64,000 nucleotides of DNA from Bdellovibrionales bacterium (GCA_005776395.1 SXPJ01000103.1:64695-128694); one strand, 5' to 3'; positions 30,386 to 40,701 are shown, counted from the stretch's first letter. Translations and numbers: made by a program. Notes: a model not told the origin generated them from the letters alone.

Positions 30386-31867
30386 ATGGAAATTCATCTT
30401 AAGCCTAATTTTATCATTCCTTTTACCGTTTGGGGAACTTACAGCTTTACTATTTTTGCATGTCAATTGTTCCAGGGCACCTTACCAATCTTTGCTTTAT
30501 ATATTTTCTTTTTTCATGTTTGTATGGGAATTACTTTCAATATTTTAGGAGGACTATCCTCGGTTGAAGGTTGGTTAATTACTTTATTTGGTCTTAGGCA
30601 CGTTGTTATTTCTCAGTTTATGAAAGTGTTTTTTGGGCAAGCTGCAGATCAGGGATTAAAGGATCCTGAGACCACTGGCTTAGTTTACAGTATTGGAATG
30701 GCTTTAGTTTTAAGCATTGCTTTTCTGTGTTCGAGATTCAATATTAGATTTAAGAATTTAATTAAACCTCATTCTAATTCAATTTCAAATAAACTGTCAT
30801 GGGCCCTGTATTTTGGGGGCATTTTTTGTCAGACCATGGTTATGTTTCAGTATTATTTTTCAATTTACTTAACGCCTTTTATAAATCTTTTATCCTATCT
30901 ACAACCGCTTACCTTTTTAGGTATAGCCTATGAGCTGAATAAAGTTTTGACTAGGACCGAAGGAAAGAGCTTTCTTAGTTTGGGTTCAGGACTCATGTTG
31001 GGGTGGAGTTTTATTTTCGGGGTTCTTAATGCTTCAAAACTATTAATGTTTGAACCTGTTTTTGTATTACTGGTTACTTTGGTTTTGAATTCTTATCGAG
31101 TAAGCTTAAAAGAGATCTTACTCGGATTTGTCACTCTTCTCTTAATGATATTGGTCCTAACTCCATTGTCAAATGATGGAAGAAGCGTCTACCGTAAAAA
31201 CTCTTGGAAAGATACTATTCCTGCTTTAAAGGAATACCTTGAACAAAACTTTTCATCTATTGAGCGATATCACGAATACAAAATGCATCTAGAGAGCTCC
31301 TCAATGAGTGAATTGGGGTTTGAGAAATATTACTATGAAAAAGCCTTTCCGCTTTTGGATAGATTTTCACTTGTGCACGAGGCTGATGTCCTAATTTCCG
31401 CTTATAATTTTAGAGAGCCCGAAGGATTTAAGTTTTTCTGGGATAGATTTTATATTTTACCAAGGTCTTTGACTGGCAAGTGGTTGAAAGATTCTGAACT
31501 TATGGGAGATGCTTTAGCTAAAATCTCGGGATTAATAAGAGAAGAGAATAATGGTACTGCAATTGCCTTTGGTTTTTTTGCTGAGTCGTATGCTATCGGA
31601 GGATTGTGGGGCGTTATTATCTTTCAGTTAATTGTGTTTACTGGTTACATAATAATTATCAAGAGCCTAGAGCTTCCTTATGGAGATAAAATTTGGTTAG
31701 TGTTTTTAATTGTTTATTTACAAAATGTATTTAGTGAGTCTGGTATAATAGGTTTGAGTTTTGCTATTGTTAGAAAGTTTCCTCTCTTGTTTATATTAAA
31801 AAAGACACTAGAGTTCTTAGAGAATACGGATTTAACCAGAATTTCCAAAATTTATAATTTCAAATAA
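30386..31867 (+). CDS. polytopic membrane protein, candidate O-antigen/EPS polymerase (Wzy-like)
   Basis: Ten or more TM helices with a roughly 110-aa hydrophilic loop; placed between the Wza-like gene and the GT2 gene. Confidence 0.4.
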   Translation: MEIHLKPNFIIPFTVWGTYSFTIFACQLFQGTLPIFALYIFFFHVCMGITFNILGGLSSVEGWLITLFGLRHVVISQFMKVFFGQAADQGLKDPETTGLVYSIGMALVLSIAFLCSRFNIRFKNLIKPHSNSISNKLSWALYFGGIFCQTMVMFQYYFSIYLTPFINLLSYLQPLTFLGIAYELNKVLTRTEGKSFLSLGSGLMLGWSFIFGVLNASKLLMFEPVFVLLVTLVLNSYRVSLKEILLGFVTLLLMILVLTPLSNDGRSVYRKNSWKDTIPALKEYLEQNFSSIERYHEYKMHLESSSMSELGFEKYYYEKAFPLLDRFSLVHEADVLISAYNFREPEGFKFFWDRFYILPRSLTGKWLKDSELMGDALAKISGLIREENNGTAIAFGFFAESYAIGGLWGVIIFQLIVFTGYIIIIKSLELPYGDKIWLVFLIVYLQNVFSESGIIGLSFAIVRKFPLLFILKKTLEFLENTDLTRISKIYNFK

Positions 31868-31877
31868 GACTAGAAAA

Positions 31878-32720
31878 ATGAAACTAAATCTTACTGCTCT
31901 AATTTTAACTCTTAATGAAGAAATGAACATTCAAGGTTGTATTGAGAGTGTAAAATCTATAGTTCAAGAGATCGTGGTGGTAGACTCTTTAAGTAAAGAC
32001 AGAACGGTAGCAATTGCTCAAAGTCTAGGAGCTAGAGTTATTCAAAATAGATTTATTGGGTTTTCAGAACAAAGAAACTTTGCACTGAAACAAACTGGAA
32101 TCTCCACGGAATGGGTCTTGGTTTTAGATGCCGATGAAAAAATCAGCCCTGAGTTAGCTTTAGAGATTAGATCTGTTTTAAATCACAATCTAAGTAAGAA
32201 TGGCTTTAGAGTTAAACGTAGATTTATATGGAATGGGAAGTGGATTAAGAGAGGGTATTATCCCGTTTGGCTGTTACGATTAGCTCGAGTTAATCATGTT
32301 TATTGCGAGGATCGTAAGCTTAATGAGCATTTATTAGTTGATGAAGAAATAGGAGATTTAAACTGCGATCTCATTCATGAAGATAATAATGGTATTAATC
32401 ATTGGCATATTAAGCATCTCAACTATGCGGAAATAGCAGCCAGAGAATTTTTAAAGAGAAAAGAGAAACTAAGCCTAGTTGATTTTAAGGCTAATAAAAA
32501 GAGATGGTTGAAATACAACCTTTGGGATCGGCTGCCACTTTTTGTGAGACCGTGGCTCTACTTTGTTTTTTGTTATTTTATTCGGGGGGGGTTTTTGGAG
32601 GGCTGGCAGGGGTTAAGCTACCATTTTCTTCACGGGCTATGGTTTCAACTTTTGATTAGCCATAAGATTTATGAATTACAAACTGACTTAAAGACTCAAT
32701 TAAATAGCCACTGCGATTAG
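31878..32720 (+). CDS. glycosyltransferase family 2
   Basis: ILTLNEE...VVVDSLSKDRT...LDADE (DxD); contains a G8 run at 32584-32591. Confidence 0.8.
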   Translation: MKLNLTALILTLNEEMNIQGCIESVKSIVQEIVVVDSLSKDRTVAIAQSLGARVIQNRFIGFSEQRNFALKQTGISTEWVLVLDADEKISPELALEIRSVLNHNLSKNGFRVKRRFIWNGKWIKRGYYPVWLLRLARVNHVYCEDRKLNEHLLVDEEIGDLNCDLIHEDNNGINHWHIKHLNYAEIAAREFLKRKEKLSLVDFKANKKRWLKYNLWDRLPLFVRPWLYFVFCYFIRGGFLEGWQGLSYHFLHGLWFQLLISHKIYELQTDLKTQLNSHCD

Positions 32721-33721
32721 AGCTTTTCTCCTCTAAACCAGTCAACGGGAAAGGTTCTGGAGAAAACAGAGTCTGAATAGGAGATACTTACTACATATCT
32801 GAGCCCATCCCCTTGGGTTTTTAACGTGTCCAAAACTCCTAAAGTTAAAAGCAAAGGAAATCTTCTAAAGGGGGCTATTGAAGCTCCTAAGTGAAGATTG
32901 TGGTTCCAATTGGCGATAAGACTCACAGGTTCAATCACTCGTAAACTGATTGAGCTAAAGAGTCCAACGCCAGGCTCTAAGGATTTAAATTTCTCATCCG
33001 ATTTAAATTGCCCGTCACCGATTCCTATATTAACAACGAGTAAACTAAAGGGTTTTCTAGGATCATATTCCAATTGAAAAGCTCTTGATAGTGCAATGTA
33101 TTCGCTTGACCCTGTGTCAGCAGAGTTTTTAGGCCATTGCAAAAAGTCGATCTTACCGATAGCAATTGAAGTTCCATCTGGAAAAGTGTGACTTACTTTA
33201 GCGCTTAGTCCTTTGCCAGAATTAAAAATTTTTCTTACATTGAGAAATCCTAATATGACTTCAAAACCAAGCCATTTTATAGGATCTCCTAGCCCAAATC
33301 CAATCGCGGCATAGGCATCGGCAATTCTTCCAAATCGAGTTCTGTCATTAACACTAAAACCCCAGAAAACATCCCCCCATTGAGCTGAGTAGCCAGAGGG
33401 AGTCACGAGGGTTATACCAGGGATTACCCAAGGTCTTCGTTCAGTGTCAAAAAGGGCTAATCCTTTAAATCTTCGACTCAATCTTTCATATTCCCCTTTT
33501 GACATAGGAATGAGCCAGTTTTTTTTTAGGGTTTCGCGATATTTTCGGTTTCGTTCAGTATTATCTAGAACCTCTTCAGCGCTTGTTGTTGTAATGGCGG
33601 AATTGTTTTTTTGAGAGATAGGGGCCTTAGGCTGTGAAGTTGTTTTTTCGGCTAGAGCCAGATTCAAGTGAAAAATACTTGATATCCAAAATGATATAAG
33701 AATTGGAATCTGAATCATCAA
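32717..33721 (-). CDS. putative secreted outer-membrane beta-barrel protein
   Basis: Signal peptide and alternating beta-strand pattern; contains an A9 run on the coding strand. Confidence 0.35.
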   Translation of the reverse strand: MMIQIPILISFWISSIFHLNLALAEKTTSQPKAPISQKNNSAITTTSAEEVLDNTERNRKYRETLKKNWLIPMSKGEYERLSRRFKGLALFDTERRPWVIPGITLVTPSGYSAQWGDVFWGFSVNDRTRFGRIADAYAAIGFGLGDPIKWLGFEVILGFLNVRKIFNSGKGLSAKVSHTFPDGTSIAIGKIDFLQWPKNSADTGSSEYIALSRAFQLEYDPRKPFSLLVVNIGIGDGQFKSDEKFKSLEPGVGLFSSISLRVIEPVSLIANWNHNLHLGASIAPFRRFPLLLTLGVLDTLKTQGDGLRYVVSISYSDSVFSRTFPVDWFRGEKL

Positions 33722-33736
33722 TTTAGTTTATCAGGT

Positions 33737-34384
33737 TTATTGTGAAATGGATGGCTGAAACTTCCTTTCTACGCTTTTTAAGTAGCTTAGTTCGTTACGA
33801 ACGAATGAAATAAAAGGGGTGGGGTTGAGTAGAAGCTTAGGATCTTCTAAATAGATCTCCTTTGAGAGAGTGTTAAAATCGGCGATTGCAGTTGCTAGAG
33901 CCATACTTAAAGTCAAGTTTTTATCGGGTGTTAAGAGATTAGAACTCTCTTCTTTAGCAATCCCCAGAGCCGCATGTTCCGTAATGGGCCCTTTTTCCAA
34001 AACTTGGCAAAGTACACAGAGGCTAAGGAGCAGTTTTCCAGAGGTCGATTCTTCTTTGTAAGATTTTCCTTTCGAACAATAGGGTTTAACTCCAGCTACA
34101 AACCGAGAGATTCTTTGAAATTCCTTATCAGGATCTTTTAAAAAATAGACTGCTTTGATTACTTCTATGTTTAAGGGAACAGGTGAGGTGAAAGTTTTCT
34201 GTTCCGCAGGTACTGGAGGGAGAGCAATGATTCCCATTGGAATTACATTACAGCCATTACAACTTGGTGGAAGTGGAGGAGAGGGTTGTACGTTAGGGGT
34301 GACCGCTTCGCCAAAACATAAAAAATGACAGAACAGAAGTAATGCACCTGTGTGAAGAAAGCATTTTCTTAGTATAGAGGTCAT
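33737..34384 (-). CDS. hypothetical secreted protein
   Basis: Signal peptide and a Pro-rich N-terminus. Confidence 0.35.
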   Translation of the reverse strand: MTSILRKCFLHTGALLLFCHFLCFGEAVTPNVQPSPPLPPSCNGCNVIPMGIIALPPVPAEQKTFTSPVPLNIEVIKAVYFLKDPDKEFQRISRFVAGVKPYCSKGKSYKEESTSGKLLLSLCVLCQVLEKGPITEHAALGIAKEESSNLLTPDKNLTLSMALATAIADFNTLSKEIYLEDPKLLLNPTPFISFVRNELSYLKSVERKFQPSISQ

Positions 34385-34494
34385 ATATTCTATTTTACTT
34401 CTTTTAACTTGCTCAAGAAAGGAAAGAAGATAGACTTAATTCTTTTAAGGTTACGAGAATTTACCACTTGATTTTAAAAGGGATAAAAAAGTGG

Positions 34495-35046
34495 CTACAT
34501 TTTAGGCAGTTTTAATTGGTCAATTTCGGAAATAGATATTCCTCTTAGATCCTTCTCAGAGAGTTCGGGATTATGGGCTGGCCATTCAATATTGAGTTCA
34601 GGATCATTCCAGAGCAGAGTTAATTCGTTTTGTGGGTTATAAAAATCAGTCGACTTATAAGAGACCAGAGCTGATGAACTCATTACAAGAAAACCATGGG
34701 CAAATCCTTTGGGAATCCAAAGTTGGTGGTGATTCTCAGATGATAAACTAAATCCAACCCACTGTTTAAAATTAGGAGAGTTGGGGCGAATATCTACCGC
34801 AACATCAAAAATCTCGCCCGCTAAGACCGAAATTAACTTTCCCTGATCATTGGGATGTTGGAAATGGAGCCCTCTTAGAACTTTTTCTTTCGAAAATGAG
34901 ATGTTGTCTTGAGCGAATTCCTTAGGAAGCCCTACTTCCTGATACCGGTTTCTGTGCCAGTGTTCAAAAAAGAATCCTCGAGAGTCGGTGAGAACTTTGG
35001 GCTTAATTAAGAGGACTTCTGGAATCGCTGTGTTAAAGATCTTCAT
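34495..35046 (-). CDS. rmlC: dTDP-4-dehydrorhamnose 3,5-epimerase
   Basis: RGFFFEHW, RGLHFQ and FAHGF cupin motifs. Confidence 0.85.
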   Translation of the reverse strand: MKIFNTAIPEVLLIKPKVLTDSRGFFFEHWHRNRYQEVGLPKEFAQDNISFSKEKVLRGLHFQHPNDQGKLISVLAGEIFDVAVDIRPNSPNFKQWVGFSLSSENHHQLWIPKGFAHGFLVMSSSALVSYKSTDFYNPQNELTLLWNDPELNIEWPAHNPELSEKDLRGISISEIDQLKLPKM

Positions 35047-35103
35047 GATATAATAATAAAATTAGACTTTCGATTTGGCCACTCTTTTGAAAAGGATTTT
35101 ACC

Positions 35104-37131
35104 ATGTGCGGAATTTCAGGGTTTTTTGGAAGCTTTGATTCTGAGTTACTGATACGCATGGGGGAGAGTCTTAGCCACCGTGGTCCAGATGGTCAAGGAG
35201 AGATAAGACTTTCATTTAAAGACCAATGGGTAGGACTCTCTCATCGAAGACTCTCTATTTTGGATTTAAGTGCGGCGGGTACACAACCCATGAGTTTTTC
35301 CCCTTCGGGGACGGCTATCGGTTCTCCAGATTCTGCGCTTTGGTTAACCTACAATGGAGAGATCTATAACTTTTTGGAACTTAAGAAAGAGCTAGAGAAC
35401 AAAGGCCATGTTTTTAAGTCTCAAACAGATACTGAAGTTATTCTGCATTTATATGCAGAATATGGGATCGAAGCCTTTTCAAAGTTGAATGGAATCTTTG
35501 CACTGGCTCTCTACGATGGGAGAGAGACGGGACAGCGAGAAGGAATTAAAAAAGGGGATCTCCTTCTTTTTCGAGATGGAGTTGGGGTTAAACCACTCTA
35601 CTATTGTCAGTCCTCCAAAGGATTTCTTTTTGCCTCTGAAATTAAGGCTTTACTCTGTTCCGATCAGGTTTCAAAAGAGCTTGATCTTCATTCTTTGAAG
35701 CAGTCTCTCTCCTATTTATACTCTCCAGCACCTAGAACCCCTTTTCAGGCAATTAAGAAGTTGGAGCCAGGAGAATGGTTACTTGTTAGAAACGGCATAA
35801 TTCATTCGAAAAAGTATTTTTACGATATTCCTTATGGCGAAACTTTGGGAGAGACTTCCGAAGAAGAGATTACATTGGAATTAAGAGATCAGTTGAAAGA
35901 AGCTATAAAGAGGCAGCTTATTTCTGATGTGCCGGTGGGGGCCTTCCTTTCGGGGGGGCTTGATTCAACGAGTGTGGTCGCTCTAATGAAAGAGGCAGCC
36001 CCTTTAAAACCTTTCCATTGCTTTACTATCGGCCATGAGAATAAAGAAGGGGCTCAAAAAAATGATCTCTACTATGCCAAAGAGGTTGCTAAACAACTTA
36101 ATTTTCCGTTATCGATTGTAGAAGTGACTCCATCCGATTTTAAATCGTTAGAGAAGGTCATTTTTCATCTAGATGAACCCCAAGCCGATCCCTCTGCAAT
36201 AAATGCCATGTTAATTTCAAAAAAAGCTCGGGAACTAGGTATTAAAGTTCTTCTTTCAGGCTCCGGAGGAGACGATATCTTTTCAGGCTACTTCAGGCAT
36301 AATGTGGTCGAGTTAGAAAAAATATGGAAGTGGGTTCCATTGCCTTTCAGAAAAGCATTAGCCTTTTCATCTCATCACTTGGCTAAATCCTCAGGAGGGG
36401 TGACGCTTCTTAGAAATGGCCGGTTAAGAAAAGTTGCGAAAGTCATGGAAAGCCTTCAATGGGATCTAGAACATCGTATTTCCAGTTGTTTTATGGCTAC
36501 CTTTTCAGATTCTGTTGCGCCTATTCTCGGAGAAAGGTTTCAATCACAGGATTTGCAAAGAACTAATGAACTGGAACCCTTTATCCGTTCTTTAGGACGA
36601 ATCAAGGGGGAGAAAAATCTTTTAAATCGAATTCTCTACTTAGAGACCAAACATTTTCTAGCCGATCACAATTTAAATTATGTAGATAAAATGAGTATGT
36701 CTCAAGGGGTTGAGGTGAGAGTTCCTTTAGTTGATAAACAACTAGTTAACTTTGTGGCTAAGATCCCACCCAAACTTAAGCGTAAAAACTTTGAAAATAA
36801 GTATATTTTCAAACAGGCTGTTAAACCCTATGTTCCTGAGTCTATTCTGAACCGTTCAAAACAGGGCTTTGGTTTGCCTATTCGTTATTGGTTAAATACA
36901 GAATTGGCCGAAACGGTTCGAGAAGCTCTCTCTGAATCAGTTTTAAAAAGAAGAGGGCTCTTTAACCCTAAAGAGGTTTTGCGTCTTATTGAGATGGATA
37001 GAACAAGACAGATCGATGCAACATTTCTAATCTTTTCTATCTTGAGTATTGAAATGTGGTGCCGTGAGTTTCTAGATAAAAGTTATTCAACTATCCAATC
37101 AAAAGAGCTTTGTGCTTCATTCCCATTGTAG
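35104..37131 (+). CDS. asnB: asparagine synthase (glutamine-hydrolysing) family amidotransferase
   Basis: MCGI N-terminal nucleophile, GATase_7 domain, SGGLDS PP-loop. Confidence 0.9.
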   Translation: MCGISGFFGSFDSELLIRMGESLSHRGPDGQGEIRLSFKDQWVGLSHRRLSILDLSAAGTQPMSFSPSGTAIGSPDSALWLTYNGEIYNFLELKKELENKGHVFKSQTDTEVILHLYAEYGIEAFSKLNGIFALALYDGRETGQREGIKKGDLLLFRDGVGVKPLYYCQSSKGFLFASEIKALLCSDQVSKELDLHSLKQSLSYLYSPAPRTPFQAIKKLEPGEWLLVRNGIIHSKKYFYDIPYGETLGETSEEEITLELRDQLKEAIKRQLISDVPVGAFLSGGLDSTSVVALMKEAAPLKPFHCFTIGHENKEGAQKNDLYYAKEVAKQLNFPLSIVEVTPSDFKSLEKVIFHLDEPQADPSAINAMLISKKARELGIKVLLSGSGGDDIFSGYFRHNVVELEKIWKWVPLPFRKALAFSSHHLAKSSGGVTLLRNGRLRKVAKVMESLQWDLEHRISSCFMATFSDSVAPILGERFQSQDLQRTNELEPFIRSLGRIKGEKNLLNRILYLETKHFLADHNLNYVDKMSMSQGVEVRVPLVDKQLVNFVAKIPPKLKRKNFENKYIFKQAVKPYVPESILNRSKQGFGLPIRYWLNTELAETVREALSESVLKRRGLFNPKEVLRLIEMDRTRQIDATFLIFSILSIEMWCREFLDKSYSTIQSKELCASFPL

Positions 37132-38117
37132 TCTGCAACCCAGAGCTCTAAGTTGTGTTTCCCCGAGGTGAGGGGAAATACCTGACCTGGAATCTTTTTG
37201 AAGCCTAAGTCAATAATAGGTTTTCGACAATTGTAGTCTCCACAAGCAATTTTAGGAATGTAGAACTGGTTTACAAATTTTTCGTTATCAGACTCTCCAG
37301 GTAAAGTTTCAAATTTCCAGACGGTTATAGGGCTTTGGCCATCGATAGATATTTTAATTTCATTGGCGGGTACTATGAAAACACTGCTAAGAATGAGATC
37401 TTTGATTTCAGCTCCAATCGTATAGTTGTTCGCTGAAACAGAATTACCAGAAACAGCGCTCCCATTTTTAATCAAATAAAATCGAGATATTTCTGGCGCA
37501 GAGTTATCCGATAAGAGCTCTAAAAACTCAAAAGGATTTAAATAGGCCCTGTCTTTGCCCAAAATATTAAGATGGAGGTGGTGATATCTCTCTCCAAAAG
37601 TCACAATCGACCAATAATAAACTTCACCTAGTTTAGTTCCTACACTAATAGGGGTTTTGTTTTTATAGGCATCAAAAATAGATTGGGGAATCGATTCTCT
37701 TTCAATGTGATGGTATTGCCAGATGAAACCTTGCTCATCAAGAATTGCAACCTCCCAGTAGGCATCGCTTCCTGGCATATAGTTTTCGATATTGATCACT
37801 TGTCCACCTGCGGAAGAAATAACATCACTCCCCGCGTCGGCTCGAATGTCTAAGCCATGATGAAAATAGGCTTCACTTAGCCCCCCATAGCGTTGATAGC
37901 TAGCCATTGTGTGACCAATTGATTTAATATTTACAGGCCAAGGATCACGAGTTCTGCCTCTTGATTGTTTAAGTTTATTTAAGTCGCCCGAGGCTAAATT
38001 GAGATAGTAAGGGTGATAGTCTCTTTCAATCTCCTCGTGAATTGTGTGCAATGAATTAGCTAGAGCCAGAACTGGTAGAGAGAGTGAAAGAATAGTGAGT
38101 TTAATTAAGAGAGTCAT
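37083..38117 (-). CDS. secreted M23-family metallopeptidase (LytM-like)
   Basis: Signal peptide; HHGLD (HxxxD) and HHLHL (HxH) zinc motifs. Its 3' end overlaps the convergent asnB gene by 49 nt. Confidence 0.65.
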   Translation of the reverse strand: MTLLIKLTILSLSLPVLALANSLHTIHEEIERDYHPYYLNLASGDLNKLKQSRGRTRDPWPVNIKSIGHTMASYQRYGGLSEAYFHHGLDIRADAGSDVISSAGGQVINIENYMPGSDAYWEVAILDEQGFIWQYHHIERESIPQSIFDAYKNKTPISVGTKLGEVYYWSIVTFGERYHHLHLNILGKDRAYLNPFEFLELLSDNSAPEISRFYLIKNGSAVSGNSVSANNYTIGAEIKDLILSSVFIVPANEIKISIDGQSPITVWKFETLPGESDNEKFVNQFYIPKIACGDYNCRKPIIDLGFKKIPGQVFPLTSGKHNLELWVADYNGNEAQSSFDWIVE

Positions 38118-38160
38118 AAGGCTCCTTTATAAAGGTTTTATATGGGGTAACTGGTTAATG

Positions 38161-39183
38161 CTATATAGCTTCTGGATAAGGCAAATCTCCTGCTTGGAGT
38201 AATGATTCCTGATAATCTAAAAGTTGTTTTAACCCCTCAATAAGAGGCTTACAGGTATAAGAGTCTAATAAAACCTGTGATTTAAAGAAGAGTTCTTTAG
38301 GTTGTTGAACAGTGAGAGAATGATTGGGTTGAGTTATTATTGGATCTCGATGGGTGAGTCTTCGAAGTTGATGTAAAAGAGTTGAGATTGAAACGGGATC
38401 TTCAGAGGCAAAAATCTTTAGTATTAAATTCTTATCTGGTAAAGCGAGTGGAATATTTTTTAGAGCTCGAAGTATAAGTTCAGCACAGTCCTCAGCGAAA
38501 ATATAGTCTCTGACCGTATCCAGAGGAACGAAAATATTCAGCGGAGATCTAAGAAGGACACTTCGGCATAGTTGTGACAAAAGCCCTTGAGGTTTTGAAA
38601 GTTTTTGACCAGGGCCATATAGATTTGAAATGCGTCCAATTAAGACTTGAAATTGAGGATAGGCGAGGGCTAGTTTTATTAATGTCTCTTCTTGTTTTAA
38701 TTTCTGTTTTCCATATTCTGAAATCGGACAGGTTGGAGTTTCCTCTGTAATCGGAAAGGTCTGGGCTCCGCCCCACACCCCCCCAGCTGAACTCGCAAGA
38801 AAAAAACGCCCTCTATTTAGCTTTTCAGAAAAGGATTTTTGAAGTTCGTTAATAAAGAATCTAAAATATTGGGTTTCCATTTCTAAGGCAGAATCTGAAG
38901 AGCCAATGACTCCGGCCCCAGCAGCCCAAATGATGACCCAACTTTCAAAATTTAAAGCTTTTATTTGAAAAAACTGAATCTGTTCGCGAATCTGTTTTTT
39001 TAAAATATCTGGCTCGTTCCAAGTAAATGGACGGCAAAGGCTCCATAGATTAAATTCGGATTGATGAAAATTAAGGCGACTTAGTAAAGATGAACCTAGG
39101 AGTCCTCCTTTACCTATAACCCAGAGTAAATTGCGACAGTCTTTTCTCATTGGAATTTGGTAGAATGATTTTACCATGGACAC
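38161..39183 (-). CDS. NAD(P)-dependent epimerase/dehydratase-family protein (SDR, RmlD-like reductase/epimerase)
   Basis: GKGGLLGSS glycine-rich loop and YGKQK (YxxxK). Confidence 0.55.
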   Translation of the reverse strand: MSMVKSFYQIPMRKDCRNLLWVIGKGGLLGSSLLSRLNFHQSEFNLWSLCRPFTWNEPDILKKQIREQIQFFQIKALNFESWVIIWAAGAGVIGSSDSALEMETQYFRFFINELQKSFSEKLNRGRFFLASSAGGVWGGAQTFPITEETPTCPISEYGKQKLKQEETLIKLALAYPQFQVLIGRISNLYGPGQKLSKPQGLLSQLCRSVLLRSPLNIFVPLDTVRDYIFAEDCAELILRALKNIPLALPDKNLILKIFASEDPVSISTLLHQLRRLTHRDPIITQPNHSLTVQQPKELFFKSQVLLDSYTCKPLIEGLKQLLDYQESLLQAGDLPYPEAI

Positions 39184-39976
39184 CTCTATTAATGAAAATG
39201 AAGTTGTAAAAGCTCAAGGCATTACCTTTCGATATGGTGACGCACCACAGCCGGTGATTGATCTGTTGGATCTTTCTTTGAAACGTTCCGAGGTTTTGTT
39301 TCTGATAGGCCTTAGTGGAATGGGGAAAACGACACTTCTTAAAATTTTAGCTGGGCTTTATTCTCCTCAGACAGGGGATGTTTTTATTCAAGGAGCTCCG
39401 CTTGCAATGTTAAACTCAAAAGATCGACGCATGATCTTGAGACGAGTTTCAATGACATTTCAACGAAGCGGACTTTTTGATTCCCTTACTGTTTTGGAAA
39501 ATCTTTTATTTCCTTTAAAGGAGTTAACTTTGTTTTCTCCTGAGCAGTCTCTAAAGGTAGCTCAGAAAATACTAAGCCAAGTAGAATTAAGAGGGAGTGA
39601 ATCTAAATTTCCATTTGAAATGAGTGGTGGAATGCAGAAACGGCTTGGAATTGCTAGAGCTTTGGTACTAGAACCTGAGGTGGTTTTTTATGATGATCCT
39701 ACAGCAGGTTTAGATCCGATCACCTCAAAGCATATTGTGGAACTCATTTTAAAAGTTCATAAGGAAAAAGAGACAGCTACACTTATAGCGACAAGTGAAC
39801 TCGATTTAGCACTTGGTGTTTCCAGGAAGAATTTAGCAAGAATAGCATTTTTACATGAGGGTAGAATACTTCAGATAGGAACAGCTGAAGAAATTTTAGA
39901 TTCAAATAATCCTGTTGTTTTTCAATTTGTTCGTGGGCTTCTTAAGGGGCCTCTTACCCGCTTGGAGTCAGAATGA
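39176..39976 (+). CDS. MlaF-like ABC ATPase with a catalytically degenerate active site
   Basis: Walker A GLSGMGKTT and signature MSGGMQKR, but Walker B is YDDPT (Asp in place of the catalytic Glu) and the H-loop is TSELD (Ser in place of His). Confidence 0.75.
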   Translation: MDTSINENEVVKAQGITFRYGDAPQPVIDLLDLSLKRSEVLFLIGLSGMGKTTLLKILAGLYSPQTGDVFIQGAPLAMLNSKDRRMILRRVSMTFQRSGLFDSLTVLENLLFPLKELTLFSPEQSLKVAQKILSQVELRGSESKFPFEMSGGMQKRLGIARALVLEPEVVFYDDPTAGLDPITSKHIVELILKVHKEKETATLIATSELDLALGVSRKNLARIAFLHEGRILQIGTAEEILDSNNPVVFQFVRGLLKGPLTRLESE

Positions 39977-40701
39977 TAGTGATTGAAAAACTTTCCAAAT
40001 CTTTCACGAATCTAAAGGTTTTAAATGAGATTTCATTCTCGGTTCCGTCTGGGGAGTGTTTGTTTGTTTTGGGAAAATCCGGAGTGGGAAAATCGGTGCT
40101 ATTGAAGCATATAGTGGGGCTAGAGACGCCAGATTCCGGAAGTGTGATTGTGGGGAATAAAAAAGTTGATGTTTCAGATATAGTCATTCTGTCTCAAATT
40201 CGAAAACAGTGTGGTCTTGTTTTTCAGTTCCCAGCACTTCTAGATTCTGTAACTGTATTTGAAAATATTTCCTTTGGATTAAGGGCTAGGGGACTTTTGA
40301 AAAACTCCAAAGAGATTGAAATTCGAGTTAAAGAGAAATTATCTTTAGTAGGATTAGATGAATCTATAGTTGAAAAATATCCTAGTCAGTTAAGTTACGG
40401 GACTCAAAAGAGGGTTAGCATCGCCAGAACCCTTGCTGTAGAACCTGAATATCTTCTATTCGATGAACCCACAACAGGAATGGATCCCATAGCTACCACA
40501 GGACTTAATCAACTTATTAAAAAACTCACAGCTCAACTAAAGATCACAACAGTTGTAGTGTCGCATGATATTAAGAGTGCTCTAGCTGTTGCGGATAGAA
40601 TTATTTTGCTTGAAAATGGAAAAATTGTTTTTGATGGCACACCTGAGAAATTTAAAAGTACAACAGTTAAATTGGCTCAGGAATTTCAGATGGGATTTTA
40701 A
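39973..40701 (+). CDS. MlaF-like ABC ATPase with canonical catalytic motifs and a degenerate signature
   Basis: Walker A GKSGVGKSV, Walker B FDEPTTGMD and H-loop VSHD are canonical; signature is LSYGTQ rather than LSGGQ. Confidence 0.8.
   Translation: MIVIEKLSKSFTNLKVLNEISFSVPSGECLFVLGKSGVGKSVLLKHIVGLETPDSGSVIVGNKKVDVSDIVILSQIRKQCGLVFQFPALLDSVTVFENISFGLRARGLLKNSKEIEIRVKEKLSLVGLDESIVEKYPSQLSYGTQKRVSIARTLAVEPEYLLFDEPTTGMDPIATTGLNQLIKKLTAQLKITTVVVSHDIKSALAVADRIILLENGKIVFDGTPEKFKSTTVKLAQEFQMGF

Noticed and set aside
37083-37131. 49-nt convergent overlap between the asnB 3' end and the M23 peptidase 3' end as a possible annotation error or frameshift
   Set aside because: Both ORFs are bounded by real stop codons and both C-termini look native, so a genuine convergent overlap is the simplest reading.
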